In this document: in pieces, positions 13,101 through 27,284 of the stretch
How positions within the stretch are numbered: position 1 is the first letter of the stretch
Layout: the number at the start of each line of letters is the position of its first letter
Source: Macrostomum hystrix
Lineage: Eukaryota; Animalia; Platyhelminthes
Assembly: GCA_950097015.1 (NCBI GenBank)
Contig: CATNEN010000035.1
Location: 558,001-622,000, forward strand
Length of the DNA: 64,000 nucleotides
Direction of reading: 5' to 3'
The notes under the pieces: model-generated
What the model was told of the DNA's origin: nothing
What the model saw: only the letters and a program-made list of their open reading frames with translations
Database searches by the model: none
Position numbers and translations under genes: made by a program

Positions 13101-15463
13101 TAATCGTAGCTGGAATCGTAGCTGGAATCGTAGCTATAATCGTAGCTAGAATCGTAGCTGGAATCGTAACTAGAATCGTAGCTGGAATCGTAACTAGAAT
13201 CGTAACTAGAATCGTAGCTAGAATCATAGCTAGAATCGTAACTATAATAGTAGCTAGAATCGTAGCTAGAATCATAGCTAGAATCGTAGCTAGAATCGTA
13301 GCTATAATCGTAGCTAGAATCGTAGCCGGAATCGTAGCTGGAATCGTAGCTAGAATCGTAGCTATAATCGTAGCTATAATCGTAGCTGGAATCGCAGCTG
13401 GAATCGTAGCTAGAATCGTAGCTAGAATCGTAGCTGGAATCGTAACTAGAATCGTAGCTGGAATCGTAACTAGAATCGTAGCTAGAATCGTAGCTAGAAT
13501 CATAGCTAGAATCGTAACTATAATAGTAGCTAGAATCGTAGCTAGAATCGTAGCTGGAATCGTAGCTAGAATCGTAGCTAGAATCAAAGCTGGAGACGTG
13601 GCAGAGCAAGGCGTAAATGCTGTGATCATAAAAAATAATAAATTAGTCTGACAAAACAACTGACAGTATAGCGGCACTCACCAATCTGGACGGACACATC
13701 TGCAATTTTCAGCTCCACTGGCGGTTGAGCTGCCGCCGCGGCATCCGCCGAAGCCTCGGCTGCGGGTGGAATCTTCGGTATCCAACCTGTTCGTTCGTCC
13801 ATAAAAATTGTTTTTTTTGGACTCCTGGCTTGAGTGATTTGCAAAGAAACGTGAATCGAGACTTTGTCTAGTCACGGTTCTGTTCTCGCCGCGCCCCCAG
13901 TTTTAGTTAGAGGACCACCGAATCTCATTGGCTGGTTTAAATTTGCAGCCAACCAAATTAACCCGGGCTATGGAGATTGCCCTTGACAAAGGTGATATGT
14001 TCTTAAACATCTATCGTAGATGGAATCGTAGATGGAATCGTAGATGGAATCGTAGATGGAATCGTAGATGGAATCGTAGATGGAATCGTAGATGGAATTG
14101 TAGATGGAATCGTAGATGGAATCGTAGATGGAATCGTAGATGGAATCGTAGATGGAATCGTAGATGGAATCGTAGATGGAATCGTAGATGGAATCGTAGA
14201 TGGAATCGTAGATGGAATCGTAGATGGAATCGTAGATGGAATCGTAGATGGAATCGTAGATGGAATCGTAGATGGAATCGTAGATGGAATCGTAGATGGA
14301 ATCGTAGATGGAATCGTAGATGGAATCGTAGATGGAATCGTAGATGGAATCGTAGATGGAATCGTAGATGGAATCGTAGATGGAATCGTAGATGGAATCG
14401 TAGATGGAATCGTAGATGGAATCGTAGATGGAATCGTAGATGGAATCGTAGATGGAATCGTAGATGGAATCGTAGATGGAATCGTAGATGGAATCGTAGA
14501 TGGAATCGTAGATGGAATCGTAGATGGAATCGTAGATGGAATCGTAGATGGAATCGTAGATGGAATCGTAGATGGAATCGTAGATGGAATCGTAGATGGA
14601 ATCGTAGATGGAATCGTAGATGGAATCGTAGATGGAATCGTAGATGGAATCGTAGATGGAATCGTAGATGGAATCGTAGATGGAATCGTAGATGGAATCG
14701 AGATTCTTTGCAAGAATCGTAGCTAGATTCCTAGCAAGAATCGTAGCTAGACTCTTAGCAAGAATCGTAGCTAGATTCCTAGCAAGAATCGTAGCTAGAT
14801 TCCTAGCAAGAATCGTAGCTAGATTCTTAGCAAGAATCGTAGCTAGATTCCTAGCAAGAATCGTAGCTAGATTCTTAGCAAGAATCATAGCTAGATTCCT
14901 AGCAAGAATCGTAGCTAGATTCCTAGCAAGAATCGGAGCTAGATTCCTAGCAAGAATCGTAGCTAGATTCCTAGCAAGAATCGTAGCTAGATTCCTAGCA
15001 AGAATCGTAGCTAGAATGAATCATTCTAAGAATTGAAGCAGACTTCGCAGCGTGAAATACGTTCGTGTAACTGGAATCGAAGCAGAAATCGTAGCAAGAA
15101 TCGTATCTAGAATCAGAGCTGGAATCGGTCATAAAAAATAGGATATTTGGTTTCTGGAGGCCAGAAGTCAATAAAATCAACAATAATCCTACAAACGCAA
15201 TTCCAGCAAGAATGTGTTTCATCCGCAGCTACCAGCACGCCTGCATATTGACTTCAACCTCACGTGGTGGTATTAAGACATGCGGGATCATCAACTTTTT
15301 CCGGTCTCCCGTCTAATCCATTCCTCGGGCCCGAATATTGGCAGCCTTCACTAAAAGCACCGCATTCTGAGAACCAATTCCCAATGGGATAAAGAATGAC
15401 AGCGAGAGATAGAAAAAGTGAGACCTTGGAGCTGAGTTGTCTCCTGGACTCCCGTCGACACAT
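10120..15463 (-). CDS. Candidate 5' exons of the Ig-domain gene (15264-15463, 13682-13824, 10120-10179)
   Basis: ATG exon with a hydrophobic stretch (VSLFLSLAVILYPIG). Donors GTGAGG/GTGAGT/GTGAGG and phases 2 then 1 are compatible, giving ...PPVELKIADVSVQIALINFHGARYAIEVEVNYVL. An alternative ATG at 10228 gives a signal-peptide-like MLLLVLSLTAALPRSTA. The link to exon 6143-6206 is not resolved. Confidence 0.45.
12910..13585. repeat. 12-bp minisatellite (TAGAATCGTAGC)n
   Basis: Direct reading. Confidence 0.95.
14012..15015. repeat. Near-perfect 12-bp array (TAGATGGAATCG)n, about 57 copies to ~14700, then 24-bp array (AGATTCCTAGCAAGAATCGTAGCT)n
   Basis: Direct reading. Confidence 0.95.
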
Positions 15464-15837
15464 TATTAACCTGTCAGGTTGCGTAAAACTTCCGAAATAA
15501 CTATCTGATCATCACTGGGCCGCCGCCAAGGATGGCACGAAGACCTGATCTCATGAAAATCTATGCATTTTTTCGCTTCCAATGTATCTTAACGCAGCAG
15601 AAATCATTAATAATTCCCAGATTTGCCCTGCTTCTACTAACACGGTGATTTAATGCTACAACTTGGCCCAGAAGCCACAGTAGAGACTAAAGCTAATTGA
15701 ACATAAAGCGGTCAAAAAAACACAATATATTAACTATTTTTTCAATGCTAGATATTCGCAGGGGCTGCAGGCGCTGGAGCAACCACGACTGTCTCACATA
15801 TTCAATCGGCAGAGATTCTGATGCACTAGGTAGTCAT

Positions 15838-15967
15838 AATTATTAATAATAATTTATTACACCTGACCCAATTTGACGACATGTGCAGCCGACAGCACAG
15901 CCGCAGCTATTGCGTAGGGCTGTTCAGTCCATGGACTGATACCCATTTAACCCATGGTACCCATTTA
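15838..15967 (-). mobile_element. 3' fragment of a tRNA-derived SINE, inverted relative to the copy at 17648
   Basis: Reverse complement shares AAATGGGTACC, CAGTCCATGGACTGAA(C/T)AGCC, ATAGCTGC and TGCACA blocks with 17775-17890 and ends in a (TTA)-type tail. Confidence 0.6.
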
Positions 15968-16809
15968 ACAGCTGCGTGAACTGAAGAAATGCTGAGTTAA
16001 GCGTCTTACTAAAGGACACAAATTGTTCCAGTGGATTCGGGAATTGCCATTGGCCAATCGTCCCCTAGGATGGACAATAGTCTCCTTCTTTCGCGTTTCT
16101 TCATCTCGACCCTGAAGAGCGCCAAACTTGATCATACAGCAAAACTTTTCTGACAACCATCGTATGTCGGACGATGTCGCCAAATGATGTCGCATTATAA
16201 TCTGGCAGCGTTTCATTGGAAATTGATTGAGAAAACTGTGTAGAAATTTGAGCACGGATTGTCTTCATTTTTTCTTCGGAAGAAGATAAAATTACTGTTA
16301 ACACTTGAGATTTCAACATTTCCTGTTACACGCTCGTGCATGGCTTTCTCGACTGCTTCTATACTTCGTATACTCAAAGTCACTCAGGAGCGCTTCGACC
16401 AATTCAGTTCGGGACAAACCAGCTGAGACACATCATTTTAGTTCAGCATCTCAGAAAATTTGCCCGTTTGTTTTTCTTTCTTGTCTTTTCTTTTAGAATA
16501 AAACACAAGCACTATAGGCTTCTTATCTGTGCTCAGCTGGGGGCGACTCTCATTGGTCTGTTGCCATACCTTCAGAGAATTTCACGAGTCATTTAATTCT
16601 CCAATTCCTTCAGTCCACCATGCTTGCTACAGTTGTATGTTCCTTCTTCCATCGTTGATGTCAGTGGCAGAAACCCAAACTCACACACACCATCCAAGCC
16701 ATTCGTTAAGGGGTCCCGTCTCTTTTCACCTGTTGTCTTCCTGTCTGCTTCTGCCTCTTCCCACCTTTGCGGACCTAACGTTTTAAGTGTTCCAGTGTGA
16801 GTTTTAAGT

Positions 16810-16810
<1 letters not shown>

Positions 16811-16848
<38 letters not shown>
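16811..16848. repeat. (AGC)n microsatellite
   Basis: Direct reading. Confidence 0.9.
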
Positions 16849-16849
<1 letters not shown>

Positions 16850-17647
16850 CTGTGCCGTCTCAATGCCTCTCACTCTATCCAATACTGAAGTGGACGTATT
16901 TTGGCAGCACTCAGCGAGGCAGCATCATCCAAATAACCCAGGACTAGTTTTTTCCATTCAGAAACTGTCACTAATTCTCACTCTCTCTCATTCATGCTTC
17001 CCTTTAGATTTTTACACTGACATTCTAAATGCTGTTATCAGTTTTTTTTCTATACTTTATTAGCTTTTAGGTATAATAGGTATAATACAACAAGAAATTA
17101 GCAAGCTTGCTTGGTACATGAGTGGATGCGGATAATGCGTGCGCGCCTGCATGCTTCAAGCCACAATGTCCCGCTTTGTATGAGTTTTTCATATTAGGAA
17201 ACTAATTGATCAAATATGCAATATTTGTCACAAGTATACCTCTATCGAGGAAGAGAAAGTGCAAACCACTTGGTAGAAGCTAGCTTTTTTTAAAAGAAAT
17301 TGTGTTTACTAAAACAGGCCGTGTGCATGTTTCAGTACCTTAAATGTCCGCTCATAAACGTTTTTTCGCCTGCAGATAACTTTACATCGACGAGTGAAAT
17401 CGTCGCTGAAGGAATACACAAGTTACATGTTAAGAGCTGGGTTGTAAAAAGCATTCTTTATTGCCACAAGTCCGCTAGACTGATCACTAGCTATTTATAT
17501 TGGCTGTATGCTAACGCACAGATTTCGTCAAACCACAAGTCGTGTCGTGTACAACACAAGCTTTTCTACTACACATAAAAAACACCCCTTACTTTGCTCG
17601 AGAACAAATTAACTGAAAACAAAACTAACAACTAACTGACTTACAAA

Positions 17648-17900
17648 TGGGGTTGTCAAGTGGTTTTGAAAGATCCAGACTATGACCAAGAGGTCGCGAG
17701 TTCGATTCAAATGCAACGAAAAAAACATTTGTCCTTGATCGATTCCTGAATTGCTTGAGTTCAGTCAGCTGTAAAATGGGTACCAGCATTAGCTGGGTAA
17801 TTGAGGGTGGGTATGGCGTCATTTCCAGTCCATGGACTGAATAGCCGTACTATAGCTGCTGTTGTGCTGCTGATTGCACATCTGGATGACATACATTAGT
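17648..17900 (+). mobile_element. tRNA-derived SINE
   Basis: A-box-like TTGTCAAGTGG, B-box-like GAGTTCGATTCA, body motif CAGCTGTAAAATGGGTACC as in CORE-type SINEs, AT-rich tail, and a second diverged copy nearby. Confidence 0.6.
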
Positions 17901-20525
17901 ATTACTTTAAACTAATGTTTTAGATTGAAATACTATACTTTACTATAGTTGCTACCCATCCTGTTTTTCAACAGTATAAATTTGTCACGGCCAAATTTGT
18001 ATCAAAGCAATTATTGGATCGATTATCAATTTATCTTTATATTTACCCTTATACATATATGTACATACAACCGTTCATTGTTCGAGACGAAAGTAAAAAA
18101 GTATTTGAAAATGCGCTTTAAAAATACACGTAGATCTAACAGAATTATTAAAGCGATGCACTAATACTTTTTAACTTGAATTATATTTACAGAAAGACAC
18201 TTCATGAGTTATGTTTCTCAAATTGAGCTCAAATGGTCAGAATTACTTGTATAATCACAATCACGGGTCAATTGAAAACGGCGAGATGTATACTTAATAA
18301 GATGTTTTGAAGCTCTAACCGTTGGGCAAAACTAGTTCCTAGCTCCTAGGAATAATTTATTCATGATTGTGATTAATTTGCGAATAGAATTTGATATACT
18401 CACTAGCTGATTTAGATTTTAATGATTTGATCGCATAGAAAAATTGAGAAGCTCTGCACTTGTTGGCAGCACTCTATTTGGCAGGAATGCTCAGTGCTGG
18501 GCCATCAGTTCTCCTCCCCCCACACGCGGTGAAGGCCTAAATAATTAAAACCGTCACGACTTGGCTTAAGCGCCGCGCACACCTTTAGCTTGTAAGTCCG
18601 CATCACCTCCAGTCAGTTTTTAGCCTCTCTGAGTTTCCTTTTTAGCGTCAGGTATTATTTGCAGGCATCAAAAGCTTTTGCAAAGCTAATGAGCCTCATA
18701 AGGGAGAGGCGCCCTTCTAGATTGCACAAAGGCATGCAAGCCGTGCCACCCTCAAAACCCCTATTATGCACAGTCAACTAAGAATCGGCAGCCGGCATTG
18801 CAGCTGTGTCAGTTGTAGGCGCTACTCTTTGGTTGAAAATCCCGAAGGGGCGTGAATGTTTGCAGGTAGTGGGGCAAAGCGCCACAGCTGCATCGATCTC
18901 CGCGCGCTTTCTCTCTGTCTGCATTTTCTTTTATTTCTCTTATAGCAATTGCCTACTACATAGTTGTTCATTTGGAAGCTTACCAAAAACTTTGTGCTTC
19001 ATGTATTCTCAAAATATTACTTTCAAAGATTTCGGAATAAAAAGGTGTTAAATTACAGTATTTCAGATTGCTGCTTGGTAGCCAATCGTTTTTATTGAAA
19101 AAAGATCGACGTAGTCCATTAATTATAATTGTGAACTTTTTGTAGCATGTTAGCTAGGCAATCTCTAGATACACTAGATGCATCGTCCGCTGTTGCGTGG
19201 AATTTTCTAATGCCGTAGATTTATAAAAACCATAATGATAATAAAAAAATGATGATAAATATAAGATTCTGTCATGTCTTGTGTAACATGTATAGCAGTT
19301 GTCAGCATAAGAAATATAATTTACGAGTAGTATACAGTGTGAAATTTCCAAATGACAACTCTGGCCATGAATTTCATTAGAAAAAAATTCCATGAATATT
19401 TTCTTATTATAAACCTTCATAGGATAATTAGAAATAAAAGCCGAAACTCCCTTTTATGACCTCAATTTCAAAACCAAAATTCAACGCGATTCACTTAACG
19501 ATTAGTTCCAAAACAATTAGTTAAACAAGACTTACAACAACATCCTGAACTTAAATAGCGTTTTACGATTCTTTTTGGTGCAATTAAGTAAGGGCTTTAT
19601 GATTTAGATATTTCGGGCATTCTTAAAAAACATTATTTGCAAAAAAAAATATTTAAAATATTTCTTGGCTGACCAAGCGGTTTCATGAGCTTTTAGCTGA
19701 GGCTGCATTAAGAATTCATTTTGCCGCTTAGAAAATGTCAAAGACAAATTTCGAAACCAATCTTAGAAGTCTTCTTGTAGCAATAAGGACTCTGGAGTCA
19801 AATAAGGTAGAACCAGACTTTATATATTGTTGTTTTGTTTGGAAATAAATTTTCCCAACTCCATTACACATTTTCGCACATAGACTGAGTATAATACCCA
19901 GCTGTGACTGTAGTTTTAAAATACATGATACAAATAAAAATGTAAAAAAAATAATTGTAATAAAAAATCATAAGATGTACTGTACATAGATAATAGAATA
20001 TGCCCTAAGCTGCAATGAAATTTTCTGATGAAATATACTTGCATGCCTCTACCGCTACCTTTTTTTCCATATTTAATAATTTTAGATATTGTTTCTAGAC
20101 ATAGTTTAAACGAAGACTTATAAAATCTCTTGTTGCATGTTGACTGAGAAATAAAAGTATATTCTCTTCTTTTTTCTTCTTTAAGCTTTTACCTTTTGTC
20201 TTTTATAGTTTGTTCTACTCAGAAAAAACATTAACTTATTTTCATCAAAATCTTGCCTGTTTTACTTTAAAAAATATTTATTGTAAATATATTTCTTTAT
20301 AGTAGAATAGTAATATTTCACCTAAAAAGTATGGATAGCTAGCTACATTAATTGTGACAAATTTCTAGATCAATATTTTGGCAATTAATAGAATGGCTAA
20401 TTATGTTTTGCTCACACTTACAATTGATTAGAACTCAATATTATTTAATCAATGAAAATGTATTACATTTGATATATGTATATTTTGTATAATAAAAAAA
20501 TTTTTCTACTCCTAAATTTATCTAG

Positions 20526-22457
20526 AACAATGAAGACTTTGATGGCAGATCTATAGAAGATCTAGAAGAAGAAAATCGCCTGCTTAAGGAGAAGAATGTA
20601 GGTACAATTTGTGCATTTTCACATTTTCAAAATTCTATTTTCCATTTCTATTTTTTTATTCCAAGCTCTGCCTCGAGAAGAAGTTGAAAGATGTACTGAG
20701 CCGAATGGACAAGATGCGAACTCATTGCCAGGCAATTGTGTCATCCAGCCATGGTGTTAAGAAGATAGAAGAAAATCTGGTAACTTGTTTTCTAGAAAAT
20801 ACTCATAATTTTACTCACAAACATTTACTTCTGGTAACTTTTATCTAAAGTGCACGGTGACATTATATGACATCTACAATTACATTCAACATATTCCTAA
20901 TAACTTCTTTTCAGGAAAAACACATTCCCAGATACATGGAGGAGGAGAATGTGGCTTTGGCTGAGAAGGTTACTAATCTGGAGGTAAAATTTCTTCGCTT
21001 GCTATTTTTGTATGCTTTTTTCTCCATTTTGTTTTTCGCCCGAAAACATTTTTGAAGAGATTCAGATATCGCAAACCACTGTTGTCCCTGAGATAAAAGG
21101 ACAGATTAGTGTCCTTACCACCCTAGTGTAAGTTGCGCTAAGCGTGCACAAGGTTTCCTTGTTTTTGGGAAGCCAACCTTGTCCCACACAACATTTTGTC
21201 TGAATCGCAGCTCGAAGTTTACCGCATAGGCGAGGAGAAGCAGCGCTGTGAGGAGAAGATGGAACGCCAGCAGCAGAAGCTTGAACGCCTCTGCGAACTG
21301 GCTAAACAGACAACTGGTAGAGTTGCCAAACTGGAGAAGCAAATTGTCATTGTTAACGAAACCTGCAAGCGACTCCAACCGGCAGGTAGTTATCATCCAT
21401 TTTTTATTTCAACGATCATATCCTTACCACTCTACTTATAGTCGTAATTTTATAGTAAATTAGATTAATTTGTTTCTGATTATTTCATAGCCAAAGCGCT
21501 AGCCAAGCGTTGCGCCACACTGCAGCGCCACCAAGCGCACAACCGCTGCCTGCAGGAGCAGGCTGACAGACGTTTGGCGGAGGAGCGCAGGCGAGTAATT
21601 TTGCTCGAGACTCAGCTCGCCATGTCCAACGGTCGCTTGGTTGCTCTGCAGTCCGAGTCCAATGGTTTTCAGGCTCTGGGCAATGACCAGCGCAATGCGG
21701 TGAGCTGATTTCCTATTACGAGCGTACAACCAAAAATACCCCTCCAGTCTCGCTGGCACAAACGCCAACTCGTCCTACCCTCAATTTAATAACGCACCAT
21801 AGCATTTATAAAAATTAAATGATAACACACGTTGCAGGAGGGCTGCGGGCATTGGCAATCATTTGGTGACACTAGACCCGCAGCCAGCAAGGAGGCAATT
21901 CTGCCCGTTTCGCTGACTCATGAGCACACACGCACACATACCGTACGCAGGCACACGCTCACACAGTGTGTAGATCTGCCCAGACTTTCTCATCGTCAGG
22001 CAGTGTACACTTCAAGGGTGTAAATTGCAGAGAAAATTGCGAGAGAAAAACGCGATAAACTATTTTACCATTCGCCCACATAACAACGCACCGTATCTTA
22101 ATTTAAATTCTAACCATTACCGTCTGTTCAATTTACTTGCACTCTAACAATAAATGAAGTCTAACCCATCCCGTTCATTCAACGCAATAAGGGTTCTAGG
22201 CATTCTTATTCAGGCTATATATGTTCGAATTGCAGATAACGTACTACAAGATGCAAGTCAATCAGCTGGAGAAAAAGATTGAGGTAAGTTGCAGAAAGTG
22301 ATCTCTATACTCGTACATAATTATCAGAATCCATATTACTATTGATAGGACCTTCTAACTCTTAATCCGACAGGAACTAAAGGACAAGTTATCGTCCGCA
22401 AACGAGGTGATTCGAGATCAAAGCGAACTGTTGTCCAGAGAATTGCGGAATCAATGA
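20526..22457 (+). CDS. Coiled-coil protein of unknown function, 7 exons (20526-20597, 20666-20779, 20915-20983, 21211-21385, 21491-21699, 22236-22283, 22374-22457); 5' exons not found
   Basis: All junctions are AG/GT and phase-consistent. Heptad-rich product (IEDLEEENRLLKEKNLCLEKKLKDVL...QVNQLEKKIEELKDKLSSANEVIRDQSELLSRELRNQ*). Convergent with ILF2. Confidence 0.85.
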
Positions 22458-22939
22458 ATTCACTAGTTTGACAACGTCAGTTTCAACTATTTAATACATT
22501 ATTCTTCTAACTTCGTATAGTTGTACGTGTTGCAACTTATCTTGTCCTCAAAAAATATATGTGAAGTTTATAACAAAAAGTTTATATTTGTCTTAGTAGC
22601 CCATTTTGATATTTGGATATCATGTGGCCTTATTTATTTAATAAACAACAAAAAATTCAAACTCATTGTTAAGAGCAGAATTGAAAGTCAGTCAGTACAA
22701 GCAATGCGGTAAATAAATAGTTTAATTAGCTAGCTAACTTGCATAATTGCTGCCAAAAAATGCAGGAGTTTTTGTGTAAGGACTATTAGTTTACACGGCA
22801 ACGGTCAGTTTTAAATTGCAGTAGTAATTTTGTAATTTATCCGATCAATTTTTTTGATTTTTCGAATGATTAGTAGTGTTATTTCGGTACCGTTGTGGCG
22901 TTTCGATTGTGGTTGAATTTGGTTTTAGGGTACATTAAA

Positions 22940-25228
<2,289 letters not shown>

Positions 25229-25867
25229 CTGGTCGAAAACTAGTAACATTGTAATGAAAAGACGAAGAATCTCATTTGATGAGCTCACTAAAGCAAAAAA
25301 AATGGCACCCATTAACCATATTTTCAAAATTATTACTGCCACAAGAAAGCCCTATGTGTGTGTGAAATTTAGTGCAAAAATTCAGTCTAAGGTGACATTT
25401 GAAACAGAAATTAAATAGGATGCCAGTCAATTTGGCAACAACCAATTCAGCGAAAAGTATAGTTATTAAACTGAACAAAAAAGCCCTTTCGAAAACACTG
25501 CCTGCCTGTTAAGATAAAAATTAATAAAATAAAATAAACTTGTGGGCTTATACCCATTTTTGCTTAGTTTGTGCAGAAGGGTGTGCAGAATGAACACAAA
25601 AATGCACACATAATTAGAGAATTCTTTGACTGGCTACATGTACATGGTTGACTAATTTAACACTTTTAGGCCTACTACATTTTTTAACTAATTTTGGATA
25701 GTACAATTATTTGTATTATCGAATCATTCGTTTGAGTCTCTACTATAAGTAGAGTATATTGGAATGAAGGTAATTTTCATTCTTTCATGTCATTTGATAA
25801 CAATGCAAGCAATAGTGTACTGACTGTGATTGTGAAGGATGCACAACAGTACAGTGAATTGTACATT

Positions 25868-26251
25868 TGTAGTAGGGATGCTTTTATTATTTCTTTAAAG
25901 TCAAATTCGTGCCTATTCTTTTTGTTTGAATGTGCTAAATATTTTTTATATGTAAAATATTTTAAATATTTTGTCAAATTCGTTTACTTTAACAAACATT
26001 TTCTTTTGTGTATATAAACGAGTGTAATTCAGTTGAGACAAATCAACGTGCCAGTGTGGCGAAAAGCAAATAAGCTATTACTGAAGAAGAAAAGTGTTGA
26101 GTTGGTTATTTGAGGCTGTGACCCTCTGATCCACAGAAAACGCCCAGCAAAGACTGGAGAATAGTAAGCCAGTGCCTTAGAAGGTTAAACCGCTCGTGCC
26201 GAGTGATACGCTACCATTAGAGAGAAAAGTAGAGAGACGAGCCCTGTTACA
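25868..26251 (+). repeat. 5' LTR
   Basis: TGTAGTAGGG...CCCTGTTACA; TATA-like GTATATAAA near 26009. Confidence 0.97.
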
Positions 26252-26254
26252 ACT

Positions 26255-26267
26255 TTGGTGGCAGCGG
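26255..26267 (+). promoter_or_regulatory. Primer binding site, tRNA-Leu type
   Basis: TGGTGGCAGCGG just after the LTR is complementary to CCGCTGCCACCA, the 3' end of animal tRNA-Leu(AAG/TAG). Matched from memory, not by search. Confidence 0.75.
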
Positions 26268-26311
26268 AAAGGATCAGAGAAACAGCGAAATAACCCCATT
26301 GAGGAGTAACA

Positions 26312-27220
26312 ATGGATCAAGCTCAAGCACAAAATTTGATGGCTGTACTCGCGGAAGAGCTGAGAAATCGGTTGGAGATTGCTCCAACACGCCATGTGAA
26401 GATCCAAAAGTTCACACCTAATCAGGATATTCGGGTGTGGCTCACCGCATTTGATCAAAGATGCGAGACAGAAGGAATTGAAGTGGACCATCGAAAGCAG
26501 GAATTGCTTGCCAACTTGGACTTGTCCACAGCATTTGCCTCTGTACAGAGAATGAACCTCCCAGAAAACCTTGACTACGAAGAATTCAAGGAGCGGATAG
26601 CAGAAAGATTCGGACGAACTGGAAGCCCAGCAGAATTCAGAGAAGAGTTTCGAGGAAGAATGCAAGGCAAGAATGAATCGGTAGAAGCCTATTCAGATAG
26701 TCTGATTGAACTGGCTGCCAGAGCCTTCCCAAACATGACAATGGAGCAACGAGAAGATGAGCTGGTTGAGCAATACATCAAGGGAGCCAAGATATCCGCT
26801 GACATGAGGGAGAAACTAATCTTTGCTCAGCCTGCCAATCTACAGGAACTAAAGAGAATGCTTAGAAGGTTGGAAGCCGCCTGGAGCATGACACACAAAG
26901 GTGCCGGAGTAAGGATTACCAGAAATGGTGAAGAGGAAGAGGAGTCTCTAAGGGCAACAATTGTGAAGCAGAAGGAAGAAATTGAAAGACAGCAGAAACT
27001 CTTGCAGGAGCTCACCAGCAAAATGGCTGAGAAACAGTACGTACCAAGGAAGCCATATGTACCTAAGTTCCTGCAACAGCAGAATACGCAGTACAATGGG
27101 CCGCAATTCTTGAACCAGAACCGAACCTGCTTCAACTGCGGAAAACTCGGCCATATTGCCAGATTCTGTCCTATGAGGATGGGCAACGGTCAGCAGAACT
27201 TCCAGAACCAGGGAAACTAA
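26312..27220 (+). CDS. gag: Gag (capsid plus CCHC zinc knuckle), 302 aa
   Basis: MQGKNESVEAY retrotransposon-gag motif and CFNCGKLGHIARFC knuckle; lies between PBS and pol. Confidence 0.96.
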   Translation: MDQAQAQNLMAVLAEELRNRLEIAPTRHVKIQKFTPNQDIRVWLTAFDQRCETEGIEVDHRKQELLANLDLSTAFASVQRMNLPENLDYEEFKERIAERFGRTGSPAEFREEFRGRMQGKNESVEAYSDSLIELAARAFPNMTMEQREDELVEQYIKGAKISADMREKLIFAQPANLQELKRMLRRLEAAWSMTHKGAGVRITRNGEEEEESLRATIVKQKEEIERQQKLLQELTSKMAEKQYVPRKPYVPKFLQQQNTQYNGPQFLNQNRTCFNCGKLGHIARFCPMRMGNGQQNFQNQGN

Positions 27221-27284
27221 AATACGAGGGACGTAAGTCGAGGCCCCGTTCCTCCGGAAAATCCTTTAACAAATTCCAGGCCTC
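27211..27284 (+). promoter_or_regulatory. -1 programmed ribosomal frameshift signal (slippery heptamer plus H-type pseudoknot)
   Basis: G GGA AAC directly before the gag TAA, 8-nt spacer, stem 1 GAGGGACG/CGTTCCTC, stem 2 GAGGCC/GGCCTC. The pol frame is -1 relative to gag and open from 27067. Confidence 0.85.

Noticed and set aside
12901-15036. Long ORFs of RWN, DSIY, IPST, ATIL and SSYD repeats
   Set aside because: Stop-free frames of 12/24-bp tandem repeats, open on both strands.
17648-17720. Functional tRNA gene
   Set aside because: A and B boxes are present but no complete cloverleaf or acceptor stem forms, and it continues into a SINE body.
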